Positions 9,513 through 19,661 of a DNA stretch of 62,161 nt are shown here, piece by piece. The position numbers were made by a program, and so were the translations under genes. The stretch is from an uncultured Candidatus Saccharibacteria bacterium. GTDB taxonomy: Bacteria; Patescibacteriota; Dojkabacteria; J137. The notes under the pieces were generated by a model. The model searched no databases. It was not told where the DNA came from and saw only the letters and a list, made by a program, of their open reading frames with translations. How positions within the stretch are numbered: position 1 is the first letter of the stretch; the number at the start of each line of letters is the position of its first letter. Location: contig CAZUKH010000002.1 of assembly GCA_964620955.1 (NCBI GenBank), forward strand, positions 78,451 to 140,611. The letters run 5' to 3'.

Positions 9513-9695
9513 GTTTGAAAGTAGTATTCAATTCGAACTTCGGTCAGTAGCCCGCTTTCTTCCTTCATTCTTAATCTAAACTCTAACCTGGATTCTAAGA
9601 ATTAAGACAAAGCACAAGGTTAAGAATGCAGAATGTATTTCGACTTTGGTTATAAGCAATGCCACCTAATAATTACTAGCTTTTGTAAAAAAACT

Positions 9696-10562
9696 TCAAC
9701 CTAGGTCTTCTATTTTACTAATTAATTTAATTATCTTTTCTTTATATTCATTCTTATCTAACCCTTGGTTATTAATAAAGTTTTTAAAGGCTTGTTCAAT
9801 TATTGCTACGCAACGTTGCTTAAAGCTACGTAATTCTAAACTTCGCTGATTTATCTTTTCTGTCTCACTCATATCAGTTGAGTCTTTGCTTAAATCAAAG
9901 TCTATACAAAAAGTCTTTTTCGTAATTAAATCAAAAAGTATGTTTTTTGGCGCAGCATCCCCATGAATTAGGTCAAAACCGTGAAAATCTTTTAAAGATT
10001 GTAATGCACTTTTAGTAATAGACTCTGCCTCTTCTATAAGATAACCAATTCCTTGCGTATTTGTGCAAATCTCTCCTACCAGTGCAGCTAATCTATCTTC
10101 TACTGATATAACCATATTGCGTGCTTCAGTTACATGTAAATAAGGTTTTTCCATCTCATCGCCAGAAATTATAGCAATAAGTTTTAAACCAGCTTCATTA
10201 CCAAGTTTTTTATAAACCATAGCTTCTCTTTTTGCCTGTTCTGCTGGCAACATTTTAACAACAACGGGTATTTCTTGCCTCTCCCTGTCCATATTCTCAA
10301 CAGTGAGCATTAAACCAATTGCTTTGTGTATGCTACTTGCAAATTTAATTACACCAGGAGTGCCTTGAGGCATTGGAAAGACTTCAATTTCTGAAGCATT
10401 TATCAAAAGTTCTGAATAAGCTGAATATATTAGGGGATAGTATCTATCTGGATCATCCGGGTCATTAACTATTTCTATGTTACTTAAAACTGCTGCAAAA
10501 AAACTGTTTGCAGTTTCTACTATATCTTTCTTTTCTTCAATTACATCGAGGTCTTCATCCAT
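9696..10562 (-). CDS. Protein-kinase/aminoglycoside-phosphotransferase-fold protein
   Basis: FDLIHGDAAPKNILFD...FCIDFDLS matches the catalytic-loop HGD-x4-N followed by a D-F-D metal-binding motif. Confidence 0.5.
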   Translation of the reverse strand: MDEDLDVIEEKKDIVETANSFFAAVLSNIEIVNDPDDPDRYYPLIYSAYSELLINASEIEVFPMPQGTPGVIKFASSIHKAIGLMLTVENMDRERQEIPVVVKMLPAEQAKREAMVYKKLGNEAGLKLIAIISGDEMEKPYLHVTEARNMVISVEDRLAALVGEICTNTQGIGYLIEEAESITKSALQSLKDFHGFDLIHGDAAPKNILFDLITKKTFCIDFDLSKDSTDMSETEKINQRSLELRSFKQRCVAIIEQAFKNFINNQGLDKNEYKEKIIKLISKIEDLG

Positions 10563-10583
10563 ATAGTCTTTGTACTGTGTAGT

Positions 10584-10853
10584 TTATACATTTGGATTAA
10601 CGTAGTATATTTCATATCTCGCTGCAAGATGATTTATAGCAAAATAAAAGTTTTCAAATTTTTTTATTGGATTTTGATTATCGGCAATGTGAGGATATTT
10701 ATTTTTTAAAAATTGTTCACAGCGTTGCAATATACCTTTTATTTGCCCTTCTAATGGCGGAGTTAGAGGAATATTTATCAATTTCGTAGCCTCTTTTGGA
10801 GCCTCGTCGACTTCAGTTACGCCACAGTCTTGTATTGTTTCGGTAGACTCCAT
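10584..10853 (-). CDS. Hypothetical protein (89 aa), upstream partner of the kinase-fold gene
   Basis: ORF lies 21 nt upstream of the 9696-10562 gene on the same strand. Confidence 0.45.
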   Translation of the reverse strand: MESTETIQDCGVTEVDEAPKEATKLINIPLTPPLEGQIKGILQRCEQFLKNKYPHIADNQNPIKKFENFYFAINHLAARYEIYYVNPNV

Positions 10854-10898
10854 AATAGTTTAATTATATCATTTTATAAGATTTTATTTAGACCCAAT

Positions 10899-12032
10899 TT
10901 GAAACAAAACAACTTTAAAACTCAATCCATAGTATTTGTAATATTATTATGCATCATAAGCTTTACCGTACTCTTTGGTATGTTTTATTTGAATGAAAAG
11001 CCTGCAAAAAACCCACAAGAACAAAAAGCTGTTGATGAAATTGAAATAATAAACGTACCGCCTGGTACGGAGTATATATATACCCTTTTGCCTTATGAAA
11101 ATCTCATTGAGAATAAAAGCCCAGACTTTGCAAAGCAGATTGATCGACTTTTAACACTTACCCCATCTAAAAAAGATATTGGCCAACACTCAATGCACAC
11201 CGTACTGCATGGTATGCTAAAGAAATATCAAATAAACGTCTTAAATCCGCCTGTGGATTCTAGTATGCTCGAAGCTGAAATCTCAAAGATCCTGGGTACT
11301 AAACAAAAAGACTTTGGAGTGTATGTTCAAGACTTAACAAGGAATCAAACAATTAATGTTAACGGAAACGAAGTCTTTGCCCCTGCAAGCATGGCTAAAG
11401 TAGCAATGGCAGTATTAGTATTGAGAGATATAGATGCTGGCAAATACTCATTGGATACTACTTACCCAATTCAAGATTCCTTACTCTTTACAAGTGGAGA
11501 TAGTCTTTCTCTACTACCAGCAGGAACAGAAGTTACAATATCACAATACCTTGAAGATATGATAATAATAAGTAGTAATACCGCTTGGTATCATTTAAAC
11601 GCATTTCTAGGGGGTTCATACGAAGTTGTAAATCAACGTACAATTGACGAACTTAATGTGAATCCACTTTTTTTAGACCCACTAATAGCTACACCAGTGA
11701 CAATCGGTAAAGTATTAATTGATTTATATAATGCTGAAACCCTATCACAAGAATCCAGCGAATACTTGATAAATTTAATGAAAAACGCAGTAGAGTCTAA
11801 TCGTGAAGGCATAGGATCAGTTTTACCAGCTGGAGTTGAATTCGCAAATAAAGTAGGCTTTTTAGCAACCGAGACCGACTTAAGTTACATGGATTCAGCA
11901 ATAGTTTTTAGTGTAACAACAGACTATGTCCTTGTGATAATGAATAAAGATACAGACTGGACAACTGCTTTAAATTATATTAAACAAATATCTGAAGTCG
12001 TTTATAACTATTTAAAATTTAATGAACTGTAG
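10899..12032 (+). CDS. Class A beta-lactamase-like serine hydrolase (membrane anchored)
   Basis: SMAK (S-x-x-K), ISSNTA (S-x-N) and NKVGF (K-T/S-G-like) occur in the expected order, with an N-terminal TM helix. The ORF is open from TTG 10830, but that start would overlap the divergent gene, so TTG 10899 (MKQNNFKTQS...) is proposed. Confidence 0.6.
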   Translation: MKQNNFKTQSIVFVILLCIISFTVLFGMFYLNEKPAKNPQEQKAVDEIEIINVPPGTEYIYTLLPYENLIENKSPDFAKQIDRLLTLTPSKKDIGQHSMHTVLHGMLKKYQINVLNPPVDSSMLEAEISKILGTKQKDFGVYVQDLTRNQTINVNGNEVFAPASMAKVAMAVLVLRDIDAGKYSLDTTYPIQDSLLFTSGDSLSLLPAGTEVTISQYLEDMIIISSNTAWYHLNAFLGGSYEVVNQRTIDELNVNPLFLDPLIATPVTIGKVLIDLYNAETLSQESSEYLINLMKNAVESNREGIGSVLPAGVEFANKVGFLATETDLSYMDSAIVFSVTTDYVLVIMNKDTDWTTALNYIKQISEVVYNYLKFNEL

Positions 12033-12056
12033 TAATTACAAATTTTATAATAATTT

Positions 12057-12305
12057 ATGTCTAAAGAAGAGTAAATAAGAATATCAACCGATTTTGCAAA
12101 ATAAGTTGCAGAAGACAAGCATATAAGAATAAAGCAAGTATATCTGTTTGGTTCCTATTCGAAAGATAAACAAAGAGAGCTTGAGGATATTGATGCTTTA
12201 ATTGAACTTATTGGAATGCCTGGGAGTGAGTTTGTTAAATTCAGTCCAACTGCGTATGAAGTTATGAAATATGGTGTCTTGATATATAACGACTTGAAGA
12301 AATAG
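12057..12305 (+). pseudogene. Minimal nucleotidyltransferase (MNT-like) pseudogene with two in-frame TAA codons
   Basis: A single frame reads MSKEE*IRISTDFAK*VAEDKHIRIKQVYLFGSYSKDKQRELEDIDALIEL...LIYNDLKK*. The LFGS...DID pattern is that of small nucleotidyltransferases. The in-frame stops are at 12072 and 12102. Confidence 0.5.
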
Positions 12306-12310
12306 CCAGA

Positions 12311-14095
12311 TTAACTTCTTTTGTTGTTACTGTTTATAAGATTAAGTGCAGAACTAAAGTCTAAAGGTTTTTCCAACTGCCCTGCCGAAATAAAAAATAT
12401 TTGATCAGCATTTTCAATTGTGTTAAGCCTATGAGCAATAATTACTTTCGTTGTTTCTTTAGGAAGTTTTTGAATAATTTCTTCAAGCAACTGCTCTGTA
12501 ACTGTATCAATATTGGCTGTAGCTTCATCGAGGATTAAAAGCTTTGGCTGTCTTAGCAAAATACGTACAAAAGCAATAAGTTGTTTTTGCCCTAAGCTAA
12601 TATTATCCGAGCCACCTTTAATTTGAGTTTGCAAACCATTTTCAAACCTTTCAATAAGTTTAAGTAAACCTAGTTCTTTAAGTTTAGATTCCAACAAATT
12701 ATCGTTAATATCAGTAAGCTCAGTATTACCATACTTAATATTTTCCGCTAAACTGCCTGTAAACAACAAAGGTTCTTGCAAAATAAAACCAATAATTTTT
12801 GTAAGCTCAGATTTTTTGTAACTTCTAATATCTTTACCATTTAACAATACCTTACCTTCTGTGGCATCATAGAGCCTTGCCATAAGCGCTGCTGTAGTGC
12901 TTTTACCGCCTCCCGTAGGACCTACCAATGCATAGGTTTTTCCTCGTTCAAGTTCCATATTCATTTTCTTTATTACCATATCGTCTTTTATATAGCCGAA
13001 ACTTACATTCTCAAATGAAATAATTAATTTCGACTTTTCGTCAGGTTTATCGCTAGAATCGATTTTTACAAGGTTACTACTTAGCCCAAGAATTCGTCGC
13101 ACTCTACCCCAAGCTGCAACAGCGGTTTGTAATTGGCTAAACAGAGTAGCCATTTCTCTTAACGGATTAAAGAATGATTCTGAATATAAAAGAAAACTAA
13201 TGAGTGTTCCAAATTCGGGAATTGAGCCAGCTTTTATTGGATCCAAAATAAGAAGCTCTATTCCAAAAATAAAAATCAACATGCTTGCGATAGAGCCAGA
13301 GAAATTGTACACAGGTTGAAGAATTCCGTTTGAAATACTAGCCCAGGTTACAGCCCTTCTATTGTGTTCATTAGCTTTTTCAAAAGATTTCCTAAAGTAA
13401 TCTCTTCGATTAAATACAACAGTAACTCTAAAGTTAGATAAGCTTTCTTGAATTTCAGCAGATAGCTCTCCTAGCTTTTGAAGACTATTTGAATTAGTTG
13501 ATCTTATCCAAGGCGAAAGAACAAGCGTAATTATTAAAATAATGCCAAAAACGCCGAGCGCTATTAAGCCCAGTTTGTAATTTAAAATAATCATTACTAT
13601 TCCGATACCAATTATTACAAATATATTTCCAAAAAATCTTAATATGGTTTCGGAAAAAGCTTGATTTAGCTTTTCGGTATCATTATTAACTCGAGAAATT
13701 AAATCTCCAGTTTTATTTTCGTTAAAGAATTGCAAAGGCAGCGATTGAAGCTTATTAAAGATATCATTACGAAGCTTAAATAAAATCACTTGACCTACCC
13801 TTCCCATAATTTTGATTTGCTGGTAACTGGCAATTGCCCCAACTATATAAATTAAAAGTAAAAACAATACAGATTCGATTAACCCTTGTTTATCGGCACT
13901 CGGAATAAACTTGTTTGTAATATCACCTATTAAAAAAGGCGTAACTATAAACACCAAAGAGTTAACCATTAAAAAGAAAAAAGCAGTTACGACACTTTTT
14001 CTTGATCCTAAAAGATATTTGTACAAACCCATAATCGAAGTGATTATGCCTGCCCGTGTTTTATTTTTATCATCTAAATCTAACCTGTAATTCAT
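12311..14095 (-). CDS. ABC exporter, fused permease/ATPase (MdlB/MsbA-like half transporter)
   Basis: Six-TM N-terminal domain, Walker A GPTGGGKST, signature LGQKQ, Walker B LLILDEATA. Confidence 0.9.
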   Translation of the reverse strand: MNYRLDLDDKNKTRAGIITSIMGLYKYLLGSRKSVVTAFFFLMVNSLVFIVTPFLIGDITNKFIPSADKQGLIESVLFLLLIYIVGAIASYQQIKIMGRVGQVILFKLRNDIFNKLQSLPLQFFNENKTGDLISRVNNDTEKLNQAFSETILRFFGNIFVIIGIGIVMIILNYKLGLIALGVFGIILIITLVLSPWIRSTNSNSLQKLGELSAEIQESLSNFRVTVVFNRRDYFRKSFEKANEHNRRAVTWASISNGILQPVYNFSGSIASMLIFIFGIELLILDPIKAGSIPEFGTLISFLLYSESFFNPLREMATLFSQLQTAVAAWGRVRRILGLSSNLVKIDSSDKPDEKSKLIISFENVSFGYIKDDMVIKKMNMELERGKTYALVGPTGGGKSTTAALMARLYDATEGKVLLNGKDIRSYKKSELTKIIGFILQEPLLFTGSLAENIKYGNTELTDINDNLLESKLKELGLLKLIERFENGLQTQIKGGSDNISLGQKQLIAFVRILLRQPKLLILDEATANIDTVTEQLLEEIIQKLPKETTKVIIAHRLNTIENADQIFFISAGQLEKPLDFSSALNLINSNNKRS

Positions 14096-15831
14096 TGTGT
14101 AGATCTTTGTGAATTAAATATCTGTTTATATTCAAACGATTTTGCCAAGAGGTTTTCGTGGTTACCTTTAGCTACAATTTCTCCTTCCATTAACAAGATT
14201 ATCTCGTCGAAGTCTTTGACTGAATTTATTTTTTGAGTTACGACTACAAGCGTTGTATTTGGATAATTTTGCTCTAAATTTTTGAAAATACGCTTTTCTG
14301 TTTGGATATCTACTCTTGCTGTAAAATCATCTAATAACAATATTTTAGGGTTTAAAGCAAGTGCTCTTGCAAGTGTAAGCCTCTGTTTTTGCCCCCCCGA
14401 TAAACTTGCGCCTCTTTCAGAAATGACTGTATCTAACTTTTGAGGTAAAGCATTTACAAAATCAAAAAATTCAGAGGTTTTTATTGCTTTCCATATTTGT
14501 TCTTCAGGTATTTCTGCATTCCTAAATGCTATGTTTTCTCGAATGGTTGAATTAAAGATAATACTATCTTGGAAAACCATTCCAATTTGTGAATATAAAC
14601 TATCTAGATTATAGTCTTCTAGCTTTACTTCATCTATTTTTATACTACCTGCATTTGGCTTAATAAGACCAGTAATAATATAAAAAAGTTGAGTTTTACC
14701 TGCTGCTGTAGGTCCAATAATTCCTACTCTAGAACCGCTTTGTACATTTAAACTTACATTGTTAAGAATACTTTTGTTTTTGTAATTTAAAGACACGCTT
14801 TCTAATGATATTTTACCTTCAATTGCTTTAACTGTAGTGCCAGTACTTTTTTGCTCTTTTGAATTAATTACTGCTGCAATTCTTTGGTATGTGGCAAACG
14901 CCCTGCCAACAGAACTTCCTAAGAAACCAAGTAACAGTACTGGTGTAATAAATGTAAAAATATAAGAAAAAAATGCAGCAAAATTTCCAGTGCTCAAAGT
15001 CCCATCAATAACTTGTACGCCTCCATACCCAAGGACTATTAGGTAAGCTATATTTAATACTGTATTGATAATTGGTACTAAAGCTGCAAACCCATTAATT
15101 ATTTTTATTCCAATAAATTTTGTTTCTTCATTAACCTTAGTAAACTTATTTTTTTCAACCTTAACTGAGTTTAAAACTCTAACAAGTTGTGCCCCAACAA
15201 TACTTTCACTAATGACTCTGTTTAACTTGTCAATAGCCTCTTGAGCCTTAGTAAAATACTTTTCAATTCGCTTAAAAATAATTATAAAAGAAAAAAGGAG
15301 TACTGGAATTGTTAAAATTATTGGTAAGGCAAGCTGCCAATTAATAGTGAGTAAAAGGACTGCACTTCCAAAAAGCTGAACCACAGCAGCGAAAGCAATT
15401 ACCAGCCCTTGAGAGATAAACGTTTTAACTGCATCAACATCCGAAGTAAGATTTGTTAATAATTTAGCATTTGTAACTTTATTAATATATTCAAATGATT
15501 GTACCGAGAGCTTTTTAACGATTTGACTTCTTAACTCTGCTGCAATATTTTCAGTTACATAATTACTTAAAAGCGTTTGTAAAACTCCCACTATAAATAT
15601 TGCTACTACAACCCCACCAAAAAGCTTTGCGTAATCATTTTTATCATATGAAAAGGTTGCGAGTGAGTCTATTGCTAAAGAATTAATCTTTGGCAGAAGA
15701 AGCGTTAAGATATTTAGCATCATTGCTAATATCACTACTACAACAATTCCTCTCCTAAATTTTTTCAAGAAAGAAAACAAGTTTGGTGTTTTTTCTTTTT
15801 TATTTTTTTGTACTGAAGAAAATTTTGCCAC
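14092..15831 (-). CDS. ABC exporter, fused permease/ATPase (partner half transporter)
   Basis: Walker A GPTAAGKTQ, signature LSGGQKQR, Walker B ILLLDDFTA. A 4-nt overlap with the downstream paralog suggests a heterodimer. Confidence 0.9.
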   Translation of the reverse strand: MAKFSSVQKNKKEKTPNLFSFLKKFRRGIVVVVILAMMLNILTLLLPKINSLAIDSLATFSYDKNDYAKLFGGVVVAIFIVGVLQTLLSNYVTENIAAELRSQIVKKLSVQSFEYINKVTNAKLLTNLTSDVDAVKTFISQGLVIAFAAVVQLFGSAVLLLTINWQLALPIILTIPVLLFSFIIIFKRIEKYFTKAQEAIDKLNRVISESIVGAQLVRVLNSVKVEKNKFTKVNEETKFIGIKIINGFAALVPIINTVLNIAYLIVLGYGGVQVIDGTLSTGNFAAFFSYIFTFITPVLLLGFLGSSVGRAFATYQRIAAVINSKEQKSTGTTVKAIEGKISLESVSLNYKNKSILNNVSLNVQSGSRVGIIGPTAAGKTQLFYIITGLIKPNAGSIKIDEVKLEDYNLDSLYSQIGMVFQDSIIFNSTIRENIAFRNAEIPEEQIWKAIKTSEFFDFVNALPQKLDTVISERGASLSGGQKQRLTLARALALNPKILLLDDFTARVDIQTEKRIFKNLEQNYPNTTLVVVTQKINSVKDFDEIILLMEGEIVAKGNHENLLAKSFEYKQIFNSQRSTQ

Positions 15832-15949
15832 AAGTTTAGATTATACACCTAGGCCTATAATTTAGGAACTACATTGAATCTAAAATTATTTTAACTTGCG
15901 TGTATTAAATGTTATTATTTAGTGCTATTAATATTTAAGTAATTTTATC

Positions 15950-16234
15950 GTGGCAAGTCCCGAACAACAAGGTGGAGCAAGTGCAGAGCAAGAAGCTGCA
16001 AAGGCTGAGTTCGAAGCGATGCAAAAAGAACTTGGTCCTTTGATTCAAAAACTTCAGGAACTTATGAAGAATCCTGATGGGGATGCTAAAGAAAAGTTGA
16101 AACTTGCGAAAAGGATTTTTGAAATCCTCCAGAAGTTTAAAGAGATGATGGGAGAGGAGGCATTCTCACAAAACGAGCAACTTGTGCAAATTGAACAATT
16201 TGTTAATCAAGTTTTGGGTCAGTTAGAAGGTTAA
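15950..16234 (+). CDS. Small helical hypothetical protein (94 aa, GTG start)
   Basis: ORF with coiled-coil-like composition, followed 2 nt later by the next ORF. Confidence 0.5.
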   Translation: MASPEQQGGASAEQEAAKAEFEAMQKELGPLIQKLQELMKNPDGDAKEKLKLAKRIFEILQKFKEMMGEEAFSQNEQLVQIEQFVNQVLGQLEG

Positions 16235-16236
16235 TT

Positions 16237-16509
16237 ATGGAAGCTACAAGTCTTATAAAACAAAACCTAGATTTCCTGCTTAAAATGTATAAGCTGGACT
16301 TACCGCTTTCTAATAAAATTGAAATTGTAGAGCAGCTTGATATTAATCTCGATTATCTTAAGAATACCCTAGACAAAGCTACATTCAAATCTAAGTATTC
16401 TTCTACTCAGTCCAAAGTAAAAAAAGTTATTAATGATTTAACTTCACCCGAATTCGTTGAAGAACTTATAGATAAGCTTCAAAAGCTACAAAAAAGCATA
16501 GGGAGTTAA
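16237..16509 (+). CDS. Small helical hypothetical protein (90 aa)
   Basis: ORF tightly coupled to 15950-16234. Confidence 0.5.
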   Translation: MEATSLIKQNLDFLLKMYKLDLPLSNKIEIVEQLDINLDYLKNTLDKATFKSKYSSTQSKVKKVINDLTSPEFVEELIDKLQKLQKSIGS

Positions 16510-16687
16510 TCACTACTCTTATTCTCTTACTAAGAGTGCACATGCAACCCTTGCTTCCAGTATCATCACGCTTGGCAATTATCATCACTGAGCGACTTGT
16601 AGCACTGGCTTCCTGAAACACCTAAAACATTTTGCCAGAAAAAACCGAAAAAGCCCCACCCCAGGTGAGAGCAAGTTTTGGAGCAGG

Positions 16688-16963
16688 GTGCGTAGAAGAC
16701 AAGTTAAAGGCCTTCGATTCTTAAGGCAAAGACCCATTCTGAATTATATAGTTGACTTTATTCAACTAGATTCAAAATTAATAGTCGAAATTGATGGTAT
16801 GAGCCATAATGACCTAAATGTCGCAAGAAAAGACGCAATAAGACAGAAAGAGTTAGAGAGTCTCGGTTTCAGGTTTTTGAGATTCGCAGAGTTTGAAGCT
16901 TCCCATAAAATTGATCAAGTCTTGGATACTTTGTATTTATGGCTTGACGAAAACTGGCGTTGA
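16688..16963 (+). CDS. DUF559 endonuclease-domain protein (Vsr-like fold)
   Basis: RFLRQRPILNYIVDF...LIVEIDGMSH...RQKELESLGFRFLRF is the DUF559 signature. Homology continues upstream of GTG 16688 (HFARKNRKSPTPGESKFWSRV, back to about 16628) where no ATG, GTG or TTG is present, so the start is uncertain or the gene is 5'-degraded. Confidence 0.7.
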   Translation: MRRRQVKGLRFLRQRPILNYIVDFIQLDSKLIVEIDGMSHNDLNVARKDAIRQKELESLGFRFLRFAEFEASHKIDQVLDTLYLWLDENWR

Positions 16964-17014
16964 ATTAATTCTTTTACTCAACTTTTAAGAGTAAACACTT
17001 TTCTACTAGTTTTG

Positions 17015-18463
17015 CTATAAGCATTTAGAGAGTTTTTCAGCAAATTTAATTACTCCAAAATCATCAAACCACTTACCCATTACTTGCATACCAACCGGTA
17101 GGTTTGCAGAGTCCATACCAATGGGTATGTTAATACTTGGTATTCCTACAAGGTTTGCTGTAACAGTATAAATGTCAGAAAGATACATTTCTAGTGGGTT
17201 ATCTGTCTTTTCACCAAGCTTAAATGCAGTTGTTGGAGAAGTTGGCGTTATTAATGCATCTACTTGTCTAAATATTTGTTTAAATTCCTGCTTTATTTTT
17301 GTTCTTACTTTACTTGCTTTTTTATAAAATTGATCTGAGTACCCTGCACTTAAAACATAGGTTCCTATCATAATTCTTCGTTTGACTTCGTCTTCAAAAT
17401 ATTTTGTTCGTGAACTAAAAAGATTCTTTAAATAGTTATCCGAGTTTTTTTTGCCATATCTAACACCATCATATCTGGCCCTGTTTGCCGAAATTTCTGC
17501 AGGTACTAAAACGTAATATGCTGCCAAACTATACTTAACGCTAGGTAAGCTAACATTTTTAACCTCAAAACCATTAACTTTTAAATTTTCAATAACAGAG
17601 TTTATTTTTGATTCAATTTCTTGATTTAATCCTTTTCCATAAAATTGACTTGGAATACCTATTGTTTTAATTTTGCTATGGGTTGGAGCTTTATTGTGAT
17701 CGCTTGAAGTAGGATCGTGGGCATCAATTCCCTCCATAATGTTTTCAAGTAATTCTACATCTTTAGCATGCCTTGCGAAAAATCCTGGAGTATCAAATGA
17801 AGAACCCATTACTCCTATGCCAAACCTAGAGTTACGACCATAGGTAGGCTTAAAACCATAAAGACCAGTCATACTCGCTGGTTGCCTTACAGAACCACCA
17901 GTATCCGTGCCAAGAGAGAAAAACCCTACTCCAGCCGCCATACTTGCTGAAGAACCAGAGCTACTCCCTCCTGGTGTTCTTGTAAGATCAAAAGGATTTT
18001 TCGCAGGACCAAAGCCTGAATTTTCACCACTTCCTCCAAATCCCCATGGATCACAGTTTGTTTTTGCAATTAAAATTGCTCCATTCTCAAGACACTTTTG
18101 CAAAACTGTCCCAGTGTATGGAGCTATAAAATCTTCCATAAATTTCGACCCGAAGGTTGTTTTAGTGTTTTTAACGAGGTAAAGATCTTTTGTAGTGAAA
18201 GGAATACCAAGCAAATTCAAGTTGTCAAGCAAATCGCCTTTCGCAATTCTTGAATCTAAACTTTTTGCAGCAGATATTGGATCGTATTGGCTGATATTTG
18301 TTTCTCCATCGAAAATAGTTATGAAAGCATTTGTTAATTGCTGAATCTCTTTCGCTCTTTTAATATGCTCTGTAACTAAATCAAGAACTGTGAGTTGTCG
18401 ATTTTTTAAAGCTTGAACAGTTTCTTTTATAGAAGGAAGTTTAGGAATATCAAGTTTTTTCAT
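17015..18463 (-). CDS. gatA: Glu-tRNA(Gln)/Asp-tRNA(Asn) amidotransferase subunit A
   Basis: Amidase signature GGSSSGSSASMAAG, plus GTDTGGSVRQPAS and a typical GatA N terminus. Confidence 0.9.
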   Translation of the reverse strand: MKKLDIPKLPSIKETVQALKNRQLTVLDLVTEHIKRAKEIQQLTNAFITIFDGETNISQYDPISAAKSLDSRIAKGDLLDNLNLLGIPFTTKDLYLVKNTKTTFGSKFMEDFIAPYTGTVLQKCLENGAILIAKTNCDPWGFGGSGENSGFGPAKNPFDLTRTPGGSSSGSSASMAAGVGFFSLGTDTGGSVRQPASMTGLYGFKPTYGRNSRFGIGVMGSSFDTPGFFARHAKDVELLENIMEGIDAHDPTSSDHNKAPTHSKIKTIGIPSQFYGKGLNQEIESKINSVIENLKVNGFEVKNVSLPSVKYSLAAYYVLVPAEISANRARYDGVRYGKKNSDNYLKNLFSSRTKYFEDEVKRRIMIGTYVLSAGYSDQFYKKASKVRTKIKQEFKQIFRQVDALITPTSPTTAFKLGEKTDNPLEMYLSDIYTVTANLVGIPSINIPIGMDSANLPVGMQVMGKWFDDFGVIKFAEKLSKCL

Positions 18464-18512
18464 TCCTGAATTATAGTTTATACTTGCAAGTTTCTCAAAA
18501 TATTAATATGGA

Positions 18513-19610
18513 TTAAAGTAGACCAACCATGCTTCTAGACAATTTCTCGAATCCATATCTTTGAGCTGTTTCAATTGCATTTACCCTAATGTTTTGGGTA
18601 TTATGCCAATTCTGATAGATATTTTTTATTTTTTCAAGCATTTCTTCTTTTGATGTGACTATATAGCCGTTATATCCGTCTTGAATAAATTCGCTAGCCC
18701 CCAATGTATTACTACTAACTACAATGCAGCCCTGTGACATTGCTTCTAACATAGTTATACCAAAAGATTCTCGAATACTCGGCATCAAAAATATGTCAGC
18801 TTTTTGTGCTTTATTAATAAATTCTTTGGAATCATATTTGTGAAAATCTATAAGAAGATTATGCAGATTTCCCGAAGGCTTAAACCCGTTATTTGTTCCA
18901 ATAATTTCGAATTGGTACTGCGGCATTTGTAAAGCAAGGTACTCAACCCAATCAAGTCTTTTTACCGGGTCAAGCCTGCCCATAAACAGCAAATTATTAT
19001 ATGGGTTTCCACCAAGCCTTGCTAAGGATTTAGACTTTTGATTTAAAAAAATGTCGTCTATTGCATGTGGAATAAAAACTGTTTTTCGTTGTGGTACAAA
19101 TCTTTTTTTTAATGGATTTATTTCCCACTGTGCTATTCTAATTATTTTTTTATAAAGCTTTAGTTCCCACCAACCTATTAAAATATCGTATAGTCTGTCG
19201 AAAACTTTGATTATTGAAGACCTGGAAGGGTCTTTGTAAAAAGGACCGTGGGGTGTTAAAAATACTTTTGCTCCAATAAGCTTACCTATTATAACTCCCA
19301 TTAGTGAATGGGGATATCTATAGCCATGAATGAATATGTATCCAGGGCGCAAACGCAACAATTGAAATTGAAAGAAAAAAAATATTGCGTTTGCGCCCAG
19401 GTTAAACCATATTTTAAATCTATGTAGTTTTACTCCAAAATACTCTTCTTCTTTAGCAGAAGTTTTATTAGTACTTTTAATTTTGTTTGATGAAAAAATA
19501 TGGACTTCGTGACCTGCATTTCTAAAGGCCCTTGCATCCATTTCTACACGTTTCCAAATCCCGCATGCAGAAGGGTAAGAATACGGGCATATAAGCAAAA
19601 TTTTAGACAT
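18513..19610 (-). CDS. Family 4 (GT-B) glycosyltransferase
   Basis: The N terminus MSKILLICPYSYP..GIW and the C-terminal PSIRESFGITMLEAMSQGCIVVSS are Glycos_transf_1 features. The ORF is open to 19658, but Met at 19610 fits the family N terminus. Confidence 0.8.
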   Translation of the reverse strand: MSKILLICPYSYPSACGIWKRVEMDARAFRNAGHEVHIFSSNKIKSTNKTSAKEEEYFGVKLHRFKIWFNLGANAIFFFFQFQLLRLRPGYIFIHGYRYPHSLMGVIIGKLIGAKVFLTPHGPFYKDPSRSSIIKVFDRLYDILIGWWELKLYKKIIRIAQWEINPLKKRFVPQRKTVFIPHAIDDIFLNQKSKSLARLGGNPYNNLLFMGRLDPVKRLDWVEYLALQMPQYQFEIIGTNNGFKPSGNLHNLLIDFHKYDSKEFINKAQKADIFLMPSIRESFGITMLEAMSQGCIVVSSNTLGASEFIQDGYNGYIVTSKEEMLEKIKNIYQNWHNTQNIRVNAIETAQRYGFEKLSRSMVGLL

Positions 19611-19661
19611 AGGGTATTTTATGTTACTATGATACTTGTAACATACTAGCATTATCATATT

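Noticed and set aside
8935-9556. Integron-type attC sites
   Set aside because: The repeats lack the RYYYAAC...GTTRRRY inverted-core architecture and there is no intI gene. They are kept only as an unexplained cassette-like motif.
12057-12305. In-frame TAA codons as evidence of stop-codon reassignment
   Set aside because: TAA, TAG and TGA all terminate long, well-supported ORFs across the window (for example TGA at 9510-9512), and long ORFs are uninterrupted under code 11. A pseudogene is the simpler explanation.
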